From positions 1-49,500 of the IMG/VR virus record IMGVR_UViG_3300020042_002050: DNA of 49,500 nt. The stretch is one strand, 5' to 3'. This DNA is from a virus (Duplodnaviria > Caudoviricetes). The notes below the pieces were generated by a model. The model saw only the letters and a program-made list of their open reading frames with translations, was not told the origin of the DNA and made no database searches. The position numbers were made by a program, and so were the translations under genes. This document shows, in pieces, positions 1 through 7,282 of the stretch. Positions within the stretch are counted from its first letter, which is position 1. Each line of letters begins with the position of its first letter.

Positions 1-671
1 CCCCGTGTCAATTGGTGCATATTGCTTTGGGCCTTCTGCGATGCGGTCTGTTTTTCAAGAACCCAATCTGCTTTAAATGACTGCCAATTTCGGACAATAG
101 TTTCTTTCAATGCGTCTTCAAGTGTCCACCCGGCTTTATTGGTTTCTTCAATAATCTTGTCAATCACCAACTGGGTGACTTTGGCTCTCTTGGATTTTCG
201 GTGTGAAACAAATTCCTGCCAAACGGATTCTGAAACGCCGTCAGGCGTTGCCACGGTAGTGGCTGTATTCTTTATTGGTTTATGGTTATTGGTTATTGGT
301 TCTTGGTTAGGGTTATGTTTGGAAACCTTTTGGGTTTCTTGTGGGTTTGTTTTAGGTCTGCCTCCAAGTTTGCCAACCTGCCTGTTTCTCTCGGCTTTGG
401 CCTGATAAGCCTCAATTGTTTCGTCACACCGTTTGTGAAACCAGCAATCGTTTTCTATGTCAAACATAAAAAATTCTTCCAAAACAATTTGAACAGCATT
501 GATGTGTTTAACCATTCGGATGCGTCTAGCAACCTCGTGGGTTTTGTTTGGGATTGGTTTTTCCTGCGTGTAATACAGGTCAAGAAGTCGGCGAAAAGCC
601 AAATCCTCGTCATTGCTTAAATGGGCAGTGTCGTGAAGGTAATCACTCACATGAAATGAATAATAGTGCAT
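1..671 (-). CDS. DUF1376/YdaU-like phage replication initiator (3' end outside window; absent from ORF track)
   Basis: Manual translation from ATG 671: MHYYSFHVSDYLHDTAHLSNDEDLAFRRLLDLYYTQEKPIP...WFHKRCDETIEAYQAKAERNRQVGKLGGRPK...VWQEFVSHRKSK...WQSFKADW. GGAG SD at 679-682. Lies downstream of a cro-like gene. Confidence 0.85.
   Translation of the reverse strand, partial: MHYYSFHVSDYLHDTAHLSNDEDLAFRRLLDLYYTQEKPIPNKTHEVARRIRMVKHINAVQIVLEEFFMFDIENDCWFHKRCDETIEAYQAKAERNRQVGKLGGRPKTNPQETQKVSKHNPNQEPITNNHKPIKNTATTVATPDGVSESVWQEFVSHRKSKRAKVTQLVIDKIIEETNKAGWTLEDALKETIVRNWQSFKADWVLEKQTASQKAQSNMHQLTR
275..316. repeat. Tandem 7-bp NTGGTTN repeats inside initiator gene (candidate origin/iterons)
   Basis: TTGGTTT ATGGTTA TTGGTTA TTGGTTC TTGGTTA GGGTTAT in an AT-rich, strand-biased tract. 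Lambdoid origins lie inside the initiator gene. Confidence 0.55.
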
Positions 672-676
672 TTTTT

Positions 677-763
677 TACTCCGCATACTCCCTGAAAGAA
701 ACAAGCGGCAGGGGGGGAGTACCCTTTTCGGTTTGGAGATCAAGCCAAACCTAGCCGTGTTTC
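677..763 (-). promoter_or_regulatory. Structured leader RNA (three-way junction with loop-SD pseudoknot) upstream of initiator
   Basis: Stems GAAACA-CGGC/GCCG-CT-TGTTTC, GGTTTGG/CCAAACC and AGGG/CCCT. Loop TACTCCC is complementary to GGGAGTA (692-686) and GGAGTA (682-677, the SD). Confidence 0.65.
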
Positions 764-769
764 AAAACA

Positions 770-925
770 TTATGCCTTAAACCACTCAGGCTTCAAAATC
801 ATTAACTGCCAAAGCCGCCCCTGTGGAATTGTCTGCCAGTTCCACACTGCGCCTCTTGTCACCCCCAGCAGCCTTGCCAAAGATGATTGTGAGCCAGCGA
901 GTTTGATTGCGTGTTCTTTAGTCAT
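770..925 (-). CDS. cro: Cro-like HTH repressor (51 aa; absent from ORF track)
   Basis: MTKEHAIKLAGSQSSLARLLGVTRGAVWNWQTIPQGRLWQLMILKPEWFKA; Cro/YdaS HTH pattern (GS-LA-LLGV---AV--W---P). Confidence 0.85.
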   Translation of the reverse strand: MTKEHAIKLAGSQSSLARLLGVTRGAVWNWQTIPQGRLWQLMILKPEWFKA

Positions 926-929
926 TTCC

Positions 930-1045
930 GTCTATTTTAGTTTACTTTTGCGCCATGCGCCCATAAATTTTACCTATTAAGAAACAAAAACCAATAGAAA
1001 TTATTTTGTTGCATCATGGTTTTTTTGTCTATTTTGCTATACAAT
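930..1045. promoter_or_regulatory. Divergent promoter region with two 16-bp operator-like sites
   Basis: GTCTATTTTAGTTTAC (930-945) and GTCTATTTTGCTATAC (1027-1042). They overlap -10-like hexamers TAAAAT (- strand, 939-934) and TACAAT (+ strand, 1040-1045). Confidence 0.55.
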
Positions 1046-1053
1046 ACAGCCAT

Positions 1054-1078
1054 GCCCCGAACATCTTGGGGTCTTTTT
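1054..1078 (+). terminator. Hairpin plus T-tract in early-operon leader (attenuator/terminator-like)
   Basis: GCCCCGA-ACATC-TTGGGGT followed by CTTTTT. Confidence 0.45.
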
Positions 1079-1091
1079 AGAAAGTAAGCAA

Positions 1092-1301
1092 ATGCACTCA
1101 GCCACCCTCACTTATGACAGCATCGTTTGGGAAGTCACCTACGAATGGGAAGACGCTCAAGCCGAGACGGACATTGACCCACCAATCCCCGCAATTGCCA
1201 CACTCACCGAAATCTACATCAACGGCGTTGAACTGTACGAACACATTGACGTTCACACCATCTACGCATTAGAAGCCATGATTGTGGAGTCGCACGAATG
1301 A
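1092..1301 (+). CDS. Hypothetical acidic phage protein
   Basis: 69-aa ORF, first gene of the rightward operon; ATGA overlap with the next ORF. Confidence 0.7.
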   Translation: MHSATLTYDSIVWEVTYEWEDAQAETDIDPPIPAIATLTEIYINGVELYEHIDVHTIYALEAMIVESHE

Positions 1302-1375
1302 AAGACATAGCCACCGCTTTTCTGTTTGCCGCCCTTGTCGGGCTTCCCTTTGTAATTTACTTTTGGAGGATGTAA
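1298..1375 (+). CDS. 25-aa single-TM micropeptide
   Basis: MKDIATAFLFAALVGLPFVIYFWRM; coupled by ATGA and TAATG overlaps on both sides. Confidence 0.6.
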   Translation: MKDIATAFLFAALVGLPFVIYFWRM

Positions 1376-1548
1376 TGAAAGGTTTAATTGCTCACTATAT
1401 GGAACTCATGGGGCAAGTTGAATTCTGCCCGTACTGCATGGAAGAAAAAGGCAGCAAACTTTCTTGCTGCCAAGAAAACCACTTTGTCCCATTCTCGGAC
1501 TTGGACACCGATTCACAGTTAGAAATCATTAAAGAGGAATTAGTATGA
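1375..1548 (+). CDS. Small Cys-rich hypothetical protein
   Basis: FCPYC...SCCQENHF motif; GGAGG SD upstream. Confidence 0.7.
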   Translation: MKGLIAHYMELMGQVEFCPYCMEEKGSKLSCCQENHFVPFSDLDTDSQLEIIKEELV

Positions 1549-2153
1549 AAGTTTATCAAGCAATCAACGCCGTTCAATCTGAACTGGCAAAAATTGGAAT
1601 CAGCAAAGATTCCCGCAATAGCCAAGGCGCAGGTTACAACTTCCGTGGCATTGACGCTGTTTACAACGTCTTGTCATCCATCATGGCAAACAATGGCCTT
1701 TGCATCATTCCCCGTATGCTTACCCGCAATTGTGAAGAACGTACCAGTAAATCAGGTGGAAATTTGTTTTATGTAACTGTGGAAGCCGAGTTTGATTTGG
1801 TAAGCGCAGAAGATGGCTCAAAACACACAGCACGGACTTTTGGCGAAGCAATGGACAGTGGGGACAAGGCTACAAACAAAGCAATGTCAGCCGCTTATAA
1901 ATACATGGCTTTTCAAACGTTTGCCATTCCAACTGAAGGCGACAACGATGCAGACAACCACACGCATGAAATTGTCCGAACACAAGTTTCTAGTTCAACT
2001 ATGCAAGCCTTAATAGCCGACATTGCAGCCTGTGCCAATGAAAACGAATTGAAAACCGCATATTTTGAAGCAATCAAAGTTGCTGGAAACGACCAAGCAG
2101 CCAAGACAGCAATTATTAAAGCCAAAGACGCAAAGAAAGGGGAATTGCAATGA
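1545..2153 (+). CDS. erf: ERF-family single-strand annealing protein
   Basis: GYNFRGIDAVYN...GEAMDSGDKATNKAMSAAYKY...FAIPTEGDNDAD; adjacent to an exonuclease. Confidence 0.9.
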   Translation: MKVYQAINAVQSELAKIGISKDSRNSQGAGYNFRGIDAVYNVLSSIMANNGLCIIPRMLTRNCEERTSKSGGNLFYVTVEAEFDLVSAEDGSKHTARTFGEAMDSGDKATNKAMSAAYKYMAFQTFAIPTEGDNDADNHTHEIVRTQVSSSTMQALIADIAACANENELKTAYFEAIKVAGNDQAAKTAIIKAKDAKKGELQ

Positions 2154-2779
2154 TAGAAATGATGGAACAAGGCACGGACGATTGGTTTGCGGCTCGGCTT
2201 GGCAAAGTGACTGCCAGCCGGGTTGCTGACCTGATGGCAAAGACCAAAGTGGGTTATGCCGCTACACGGGACAACTACATGGCGCAATTGGTGGTCGAAC
2301 GGCTTACCAACACCAAAGCCGAATCGTTCTCCAACGCAGCAATGCAATGGGGTACAGACCAAGAGCCATTTGCACGGGCAGCATACGAAGCCGCACAGAG
2401 CGTTTTAGTCGAGGAAGTAGGGTTCGTACCTCACCCACGGATTGAGTGGGCTGGTGCGTCTCCTGATGGCTTGGTGGGGTTGTTTGGTATGTGTGAGATT
2501 AAATGCCCAAACACGGCGACCATGATTGACACATTATTGACAGAAAAAGTGCCAGCCAAGTATTTTGCACAAATGCAAATGCAAATGGCTTGCACAGACC
2601 GGGCATGGTGTGACTATGTGGTTTACGACCCACGGATGCCAGCAAAGGCGCAATTGTTTATCAAGCGTGTCGAACGAGATGAAGCCTTCATTGCCGAGAT
2701 GGAAGCCGAAATTAACAAATTCTTGGGCGAAGTTACCGTCCAAGTGGAAAAACTTAACTCAATCATTGAAAGCAAATAA
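2150..2779 (+). CDS. YqaJ/lambda-exonuclease family protein
   Basis: QGTDDWFAARLGKVTAS, MQWGTDQEP.AR, GASPDGLV, EIKCP, QMQMQM..CTDRAWCDYV. Confidence 0.92.
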   Translation: MIEMMEQGTDDWFAARLGKVTASRVADLMAKTKVGYAATRDNYMAQLVVERLTNTKAESFSNAAMQWGTDQEPFARAAYEAAQSVLVEEVGFVPHPRIEWAGASPDGLVGLFGMCEIKCPNTATMIDTLLTEKVPAKYFAQMQMQMACTDRAWCDYVVYDPRMPAKAQLFIKRVERDEAFIAEMEAEINKFLGEVTVQVEKLNSIIESK

Positions 2780-3048
2780 TGTCAAAACTTAAAAAAGAAG
2801 TGTCTTGCATCATCGGGACATACACAAACGCCCAAGGCCAAAGCAAAAACCGCTACCAGCGCATCGGTTCTATCATTGAAACCAAGAATGGGGAAATGCT
2901 AAAGATTGACGTTATTCCGCTTAAAGAAGGCGGTTGGGACGGTTGGGCGTACCTTAACGACCCAAAGCCTAGAGAAGACCAGCCACGCCAAGCGCAAAGC
3001 CGACAAGGTAGCGGGTTTGACGATATGGAATCTGACGTACCTTTTTAA
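2779..3048 (+). CDS. Small SSB-like protein
   Basis: Acidic SSB-type C-terminal tail GFDDMESDVPF; follows ERF and exonuclease genes. Confidence 0.65.
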   Translation: MSKLKKEVSCIIGTYTNAQGQSKNRYQRIGSIIETKNGEMLKIDVIPLKEGGWDGWAYLNDPKPREDQPRQAQSRQGSGFDDMESDVPF

Positions 3049-3053
3049 AATAC

Positions 3054-3126
3054 GGAGGGAAAGCGGATGCTAGTTAGCTGTTGCGCACAGTGACCATAAA
3101 GAAACGCTAGTGCAGCGAGTACCCCC
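3054..3126 (+). ncRNA. Candidate structured RNA with loop E (GAA/AGUA) motif
   Basis: GG-GAA-AGC-GGA-TGC...GCA-GCG-AGTA-CC closes an inner CTGT/ACAG hairpin; intergenic. Confidence 0.45.
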
Positions 3127-3143
3127 ACCTATTAGGAGCAATC

Positions 3144-3437
3144 ATGTTTAGAGCAAGAAACACCGACCCCGTAACCAGTTGGCTGGCTGCGGATTCCGCT
3201 AAAGAATTGGCAAAACACCACGCCACAATTATTGTGGATTGCCTACGCAAAAACGGTAAATTGGGCAAAGATGGTATTGCCAACATCACAGGGCTAGATT
3301 CCAACCAAGTCGCAAGACGGGGAAAAGAAATTGAACGGGACGGGCTGATTTGTTTAACAGGTCAAACAGTACGCAGTAACTCAAACCGACAGGAGCAAGA
3401 ATGGCAAATCACACCAACCCAATTGACTTTGATTTGA
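3144..3437 (+). CDS. Winged-HTH-like phage protein
   Basis: RARNTDPVTS N-terminus; IA--TGL--NQVARR..E.ER.GLI pattern; AGGAG SD. Confidence 0.65.
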   Translation: MFRARNTDPVTSWLAADSAKELAKHHATIIVDCLRKNGKLGKDGIANITGLDSNQVARRGKEIERDGLICLTGQTVRSNSNRQEQEWQITPTQLTLI

Positions 3438-3468
3438 AAACAACTACCGTAATTGAGGAAACAAAATT

Positions 3469-3675
3469 ATGAGCAAGATAAAAATCCAATTGGTAGAAGA
3501 CGAAGAAACCCCTACCGTGTTTGAGCGGTTTTGGGACAACCTGATGACGTTTGTTAAGTGTGTGGGGGTGTTTGCCGCCATCTGCTTTGCGATTGGGTAC
3601 TTTGGCAACACTAAGGCGCAAACTATGCAGTGCGAACCCACTAAGACAGTTTTAGCAAGGAGCATATTCAAATGA
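3469..3675 (+). CDS. Small membrane protein
   Basis: One hydrophobic segment (VGVFAAICFAIGYFG); GAGG SD. Confidence 0.65.
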   Translation: MSKIKIQLVEDEETPTVFERFWDNLMTFVKCVGVFAAICFAIGYFGNTKAQTMQCEPTKTVLARSIFK

Positions 3676-3860
3676 ACAACACACCAGCATTTCCACTCCC
3701 CAACATGAACACAGGTATGACCCTGCGTGATTACTTTGCAGCCAAGGCTATGCAAGCAATGATTAAGTACGGGCCTTGGAGTGATTATGTAGATATGGAG
3801 CAAATAGCAAAATTAGCGTACAAGCAAGCAGACGCAATGATGAAAGCGAGGGAATCATGA
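3672..3860 (+). CDS. Conserved phage hypothetical protein (PAFP...GMTLRDYFAAKAMQ type)
   Basis: Recognisable motif GMTLRDYFAAKAMQ...AY..ADAM..AR. Confidence 0.8.
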   Translation: MNNTPAFPLPNMNTGMTLRDYFAAKAMQAMIKYGPWSDYVDMEQIAKLAYKQADAMMKARES

Positions 3861-4069
3861 ACCAACAACTAATTGAACAACTCATAGAAGAATGTACTGA
3901 GTATTGGACAGATAAGGGTGACATTTATTTCGACAAAAAAAAGTTTGCCGCCCTTGTCGCAGCAGCCGAGCGTGAGGCGTGTGCAAAGGTGTGTGATGAA
4001 GTAGCTGAAAGCCGTGGTGATGCGGATGAGTGCGCTACCGAAATCAGAGCAAGAGGAGAAACAAAATGA
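3857..4069 (+). CDS. Conserved phage hypothetical protein (EREACAKVC...IRARG type)
   Basis: Recognisable motif; ATGA overlaps on both sides. Confidence 0.75.
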   Translation: MNQQLIEQLIEECTEYWTDKGDIYFDKKKFAALVAAAEREACAKVCDEVAESRGDADECATEIRARGETK

Positions 4070-4443
4070 AAAAACTTATTACCGTAACACTACTAGCCGC
4101 AGCCTTAGCAGGTTGCCAATCTGATGCTGACATTGCATCGTCAAACATGAGCAAAGCTGCTGACAACTTTGAGGTATCACGGCGTGTAGTTTTTTATAAC
4201 GGCATCACAGGCGACTACATGATGACCATTGAGGGCTTGTGTTCGCTTGGTAACTACGACAAGGCAAGAGAACTTTCACTGACCTGCAAGACAGGGCCGA
4301 CTACATACAAGAAGCATTTTCTTGGGCTGTCGGACAACGTGACGTTCTTTGTCGAGCAGTTGGAGCCAGTGAAGGTAAGCGCGTACCACTACCGTGTAAT
4401 CTTTAAGCCAGCATCCATTGTCCCTGACATTGAGATTAAGTAG
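4066..4443 (+). CDS. Lipoprotein
   Basis: Signal MKKLITVTLLAAALAG-C with lipobox LAGC; GAGGAG SD. Confidence 0.8.
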   Translation: MKKLITVTLLAAALAGCQSDADIASSNMSKAADNFEVSRRVVFYNGITGDYMMTIEGLCSLGNYDKARELSLTCKTGPTTYKKHFLGLSDNVTFFVEQLEPVKVSAYHYRVIFKPASIVPDIEIK

Positions 4444-4452
4444 GAGCGCAAC

Positions 4453-4665
4453 ATGAACCACTTAAAGAACGTATGGCAATGGCTTGCAGACCACTGGGTA
4501 ATGCCAACACCCGAAGAACTTATTGCCGAGGAGTTAATTCACGCACGGCGCAACAAGTTACGCCATCAATCCAGCATGGAGTACCACACCGCCCTTGTCT
4601 CATACAACGTGGCACGAATTAAACGCTTGGAGTCGTTGACTGCAAAGACGGAGGTGGTGGAATGA
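4453..4665 (+). CDS. Hypothetical protein
   Basis: 70-aa ORF with AGGAG SD. Confidence 0.65.
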   Translation: MNHLKNVWQWLADHWVMPTPEELIAEELIHARRNKLRHQSSMEYHTALVSYNVARIKRLESLTAKTEVVE

Positions 4666-4793
4666 CTACAACACAACAATTAATATTGCTTGGGACAATT
4701 TGGGCGGCCCCTCACCTTAACAAGGATTACGCCTTGTTTGTTTCTGGGATATTTTTTATCGTGGCTGCTTGCAACGGACTGAAGTGGATATGA
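4662..4793 (+). CDS. 43-aa membrane micropeptide
   Basis: MTTTQQLILLGTIWAAPHLNKDYALFVSGIFFIVAACNGLKWI; ATGA overlaps on both sides. Confidence 0.55.
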   Translation: MTTTQQLILLGTIWAAPHLNKDYALFVSGIFFIVAACNGLKWI

Positions 4794-4999
4794 AAATCCT
4801 ACACACAAAAACCCTTAAAAGCGGCAAACGCCACGTTTTAATTGAACTGAATAACGATGACGAGAAACTTATGTCGTTCAAGCCTGAGAAGTATTACAAA
4901 CTTGGTGGGCAAGTGGATGATGTTGTTCAGGGTCATGTCATTACCGAATCCGATGCCGTGTACTGGTGTTCTATTGGACAAAGGTGGGAGGAAGCATGA
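4790..4999 (+). CDS. Hypothetical protein
   Basis: ORF MKILHTKTLKSGKRHVLIEL...; coupled overlaps. Confidence 0.65.
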   Translation: MKILHTKTLKSGKRHVLIELNNDDEKLMSFKPEKYYKLGGQVDDVVQGHVITESDAVYWCSIGQRWEEA

Positions 5000-5079
5000 A
5001 GTTCCAAATTACAGTTGCAGTATTACTGACCATTGGCGCAAGTCTTTGGATTGCGCTTTTAACAAAGGGGATGATGTGA
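4996..5079 (+). CDS. 27-aa single-TM micropeptide
   Basis: MKFQITVAVLLTIGASLWIALLTKGMM; GGAGG SD; ATGA and GTGA overlaps. Confidence 0.55.
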   Translation: MKFQITVAVLLTIGASLWIALLTKGMM

Positions 5080-5267
5080 AAGATGAAAAACCATTAGACC
5101 CTTGGGTCGTTGTAGCACCTGACGGTTTGCGTTGGATTGGTCTTGCTAAGAACGAGCACCACGCATGGCAGTTTGCTTTAGGCTGGCCTGACCAAAAAGA
5201 GATTGCGGATACCAAGGCGATTGGCTGGTATGCGGTTAAGGGTAACCTCACATGGAGCAAGCCATGA
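5076..5267 (+). CDS. Hypothetical Trp-rich protein
   Basis: GTG start coupled to upstream TGA; 3' part of ORF 4857-5267. Confidence 0.55.
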   Translation: MKDEKPLDPWVVVAPDGLRWIGLAKNEHHAWQFALGWPDQKEIADTKAIGWYAVKGNLTWSKP

Positions 5268-5776
5268 AAGAAGCATTTGAAAAGATGACAGGTATGCCTG
5301 ATGCGTGGACAAACCCTGCGCTGATGGTTTCACGAAACGCTTTTATTCAAGGGTGGGAAGCGGCGCAGACAGGGCATGATGTAGACGCAACCATCATTCA
5401 ATATCACGAAGCCACAATCAAAAGGTTGGAAAAGCGTATTGAAGAATTGGCGCAGCCAGCACAGCAGGAGCGTGTGCAGACCGATTCTCTTGCAGATATT
5501 GGGGCAGCATACAAAGACATTCATGCGTGTTTGACCGAAACTTTACAACTCTCGCGCAAGCAGAATGGTCATTCCCGCCAGCCAGCACAAGAGCCTATAA
5601 CTGTCCTTACGAGTGCGGGATACATCTCAGACGACGACGACATCCAAGTCTACCAACGCCCTTGGGCGGGCCTGACGGAGGCGCAATTCTTGGAAGCCAC
5701 ACGGCTTGCCGAGAATGGTAATTATTTAGTTGCATTTGTTCGCATTCAAGAATGGCTAAAGGAACAGAACACATGA
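5264..5776 (+). CDS. Modular hypothetical protein (QPAQ linkers; DDDIQVYQRPW.GLT motif)
   Basis: ORF track translation; ATGA overlap with upstream gene. Confidence 0.7.
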   Translation: MKEAFEKMTGMPDAWTNPALMVSRNAFIQGWEAAQTGHDVDATIIQYHEATIKRLEKRIEELAQPAQQERVQTDSLADIGAAYKDIHACLTETLQLSRKQNGHSRQPAQEPITVLTSAGYISDDDDIQVYQRPWAGLTEAQFLEATRLAENGNYLVAFVRIQEWLKEQNT

Positions 5777-5883
5777 CAACACGCAAGACACTAGAACAAA
5801 TGGCCCAAGAGGCCATAAGAGAACGCATGGCTGAAGACGATGACATCCAAGTCTACCAACGCCCTTGGGTGGGGCTGACGGAG
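5633..5883 (+). repeat. 48-bp direct repeat (5633-5680 / 5836-5883)
   Basis: GACGA(C/T)GACATCCAAGTCTACCAACGCCCTTGGG(C/T)GGG(C/G)CTGACGGAG; 45/48 identical. Confidence 0.9.
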
Positions 5884-5991
5884 CAAGAACTCGAATCTGC
5901 TTATTGGGACTACATGGCAATAGCAACACAAAACGGGTTTGAAAAAACTGTCAAAGCCATCGAAGCCAAATTGAAGGAACTCAACACATGA
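5773..5991 (+). CDS. Hypothetical protein (RPWVGLT...AIEAKLKELN type)
   Basis: Shares the motif with the upstream gene. Confidence 0.7.
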   Translation: MTTRKTLEQMAQEAIRERMAEDDDIQVYQRPWVGLTEQELESAYWDYMAIATQNGFEKTVKAIEAKLKELNT

Positions 5992-6416
5992 CTAAAGAAG
6001 AAATTGTAGATAGCTGGAACCAGCACTGTGTAGGTTCGAGCCGGTACAACACACTCGTTGAGGAAGGCTTTGTATTAAATGCACCTATAGATGTAGAGCA
6101 GTTACCGGACAGCTTTTATATGGGCGCGGGCTGCTACATTGTTCGGGGCAGCTTTGTTCTACCCAACGGAAAACTAAAGTACTGGGGTATTCCCAACAAC
6201 CCAAAAGCCAGCATATTATTTGACGCGGACGCATGGGACAACTGCCTAAAACAAATTGCTGTAACTTGGAAGCTGGAGCGCCCCGACGACACAGCTACGC
6301 CACGAACTTTCAATCACATGAAAGATGGTCTGGTGTATGTACCGGAGAAGAGCGACCCAGTACGACCCGGTGCTATGGATGCGCTCAAGATTCAAAGCCG
6401 AGGTTACCCAACGTGA
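5988..6416 (+). CDS. Hypothetical protein
   Basis: 142 aa; C-terminal RPGAMDALKI.SRG motif seen in phage accessory proteins. Confidence 0.65.
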   Translation: MTKEEIVDSWNQHCVGSSRYNTLVEEGFVLNAPIDVEQLPDSFYMGAGCYIVRGSFVLPNGKLKYWGIPNNPKASILFDADAWDNCLKQIAVTWKLERPDDTATPRTFNHMKDGLVYVPEKSDPVRPGAMDALKIQSRGYPT

Positions 6417-6628
6417 CTAAGTATCAGGCAGGGGGCGCAGAGTTCTTATACCCACACGTTGGTGATGAGATGCCCATAGGCGGTGCGAAGGTGCTGCTGC
6501 TAACTAAAGGCGGTGTGTGTACTGTCGGTGCGTGGGACTCATCGTTCTGCATAGGCTGGCTACCGCTACCAAAGAGAAACCAAAAGAAAGAGGAATCATG
6601 CTTACTCAACACCTACAAACAAGGTTAA
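6413..6628 (+). CDS. Small hypothetical protein (DUF551-like W.PLP motif)
   Basis: P.GGAKVLLLTKGGVC.VG.W...GWLPLPK; GTGA overlap. Confidence 0.6.
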   Translation: MTKYQAGGAEFLYPHVGDEMPIGGAKVLLLTKGGVCTVGAWDSSFCIGWLPLPKRNQKKEESCLLNTYKQG

Positions 6629-6855
6629 AAGATTTAGTACGCCCTAGAATCAATGGTGCGTACCAAGGCACAACAAACCGCAAACTTGACGAACTTATTG
6701 AACAGATGCAAGCGCAGTACCCCGAGTTTTTTCACCAAGATTCAAACTCATTACGAAAACGGACGTTCTTTGACGAGCCAGTGCGATTGCCCGGACATTC
6801 ACCAATGCTTATGGCAGGATTTACTAAACCTATAAAGGGGTGGCATAGTGAGTAA
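6598..6855 (+). CDS. Hypothetical protein
   Basis: ATG with GAGG SD inside ORF 6517-6855. Confidence 0.55.
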   Translation: MLTQHLQTRLKDLVRPRINGAYQGTTNRKLDELIEQMQAQYPEFFHQDSNSLRKRTFFDEPVRLPGHSPMLMAGFTKPIKGWHSE

Positions 6856-7087
6856 GTCAACGCACCCACAAATTCGTAGACTACTGCACCAATACCACGA
6901 TGGGCTTACCCCTATTGAGATAGCCGAAAGGCTTGAGTTGAAACCTGACACTGTGCGTAACGCATTAAAGAATATGCCGGACACTTACATTGACCGATGG
7001 AAGCCTATCGCCCACGAACCGCCGCATGCCGTATGGTGCGCAGTAATACCGCCCGATAATTGCCCTAGACCTACCACGAAAAGCTAA
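6848..7087 (+). CDS. HTH-containing protein
   Basis: DGLT..EIAERLEL...TVRNAL..MPDTYIDRW. Confidence 0.65.
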   Translation: MSKSTHPQIRRLLHQYHDGLTPIEIAERLELKPDTVRNALKNMPDTYIDRWKPIAHEPPHAVWCAVIPPDNCPRPTTKS

Positions 7088-7090
7088 AAG

Positions 7091-7267
7091 ATGTTACTAG
7101 AAACAGTACACCTAGTGCCACTTGACGATTTACGCGAACACGAAGCTAGTGTAGACTGTTGGTGCCAGCCCGAATTACTTGATGACGATTACCTAGACAG
7201 CGTGTACCTACACGCGTCGATGGATGGCAGAGAAGCGTTTGACTCAGGCACTCGAAAGATGTCTTAA
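7091..7267 (+). CDS. Small His/Cys protein (58 aa; absent from ORF track)
   Basis: MLLETVHLVPLDDLREHEASVDCWCQPELLDDDYLDSVYLHASMDGREAFDSGTRKMS. Confidence 0.6.
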   Translation: MLLETVHLVPLDDLREHEASVDCWCQPELLDDDYLDSVYLHASMDGREAFDSGTRKMS

Positions 7268-7282
7268 CTACTAATTGGAGAA

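Noticed and set aside
22-754. + strand ORFs 22-405, 282-620 and 548-754
   Set aside because: Antisense to the recognisable DUF1376-like gene and its leader RNA.
698-763. Hammerhead ribozyme (three-way junction with GAAA)
   Set aside because: Lacks the CUGANGA core and the NUH cleavage triplet.
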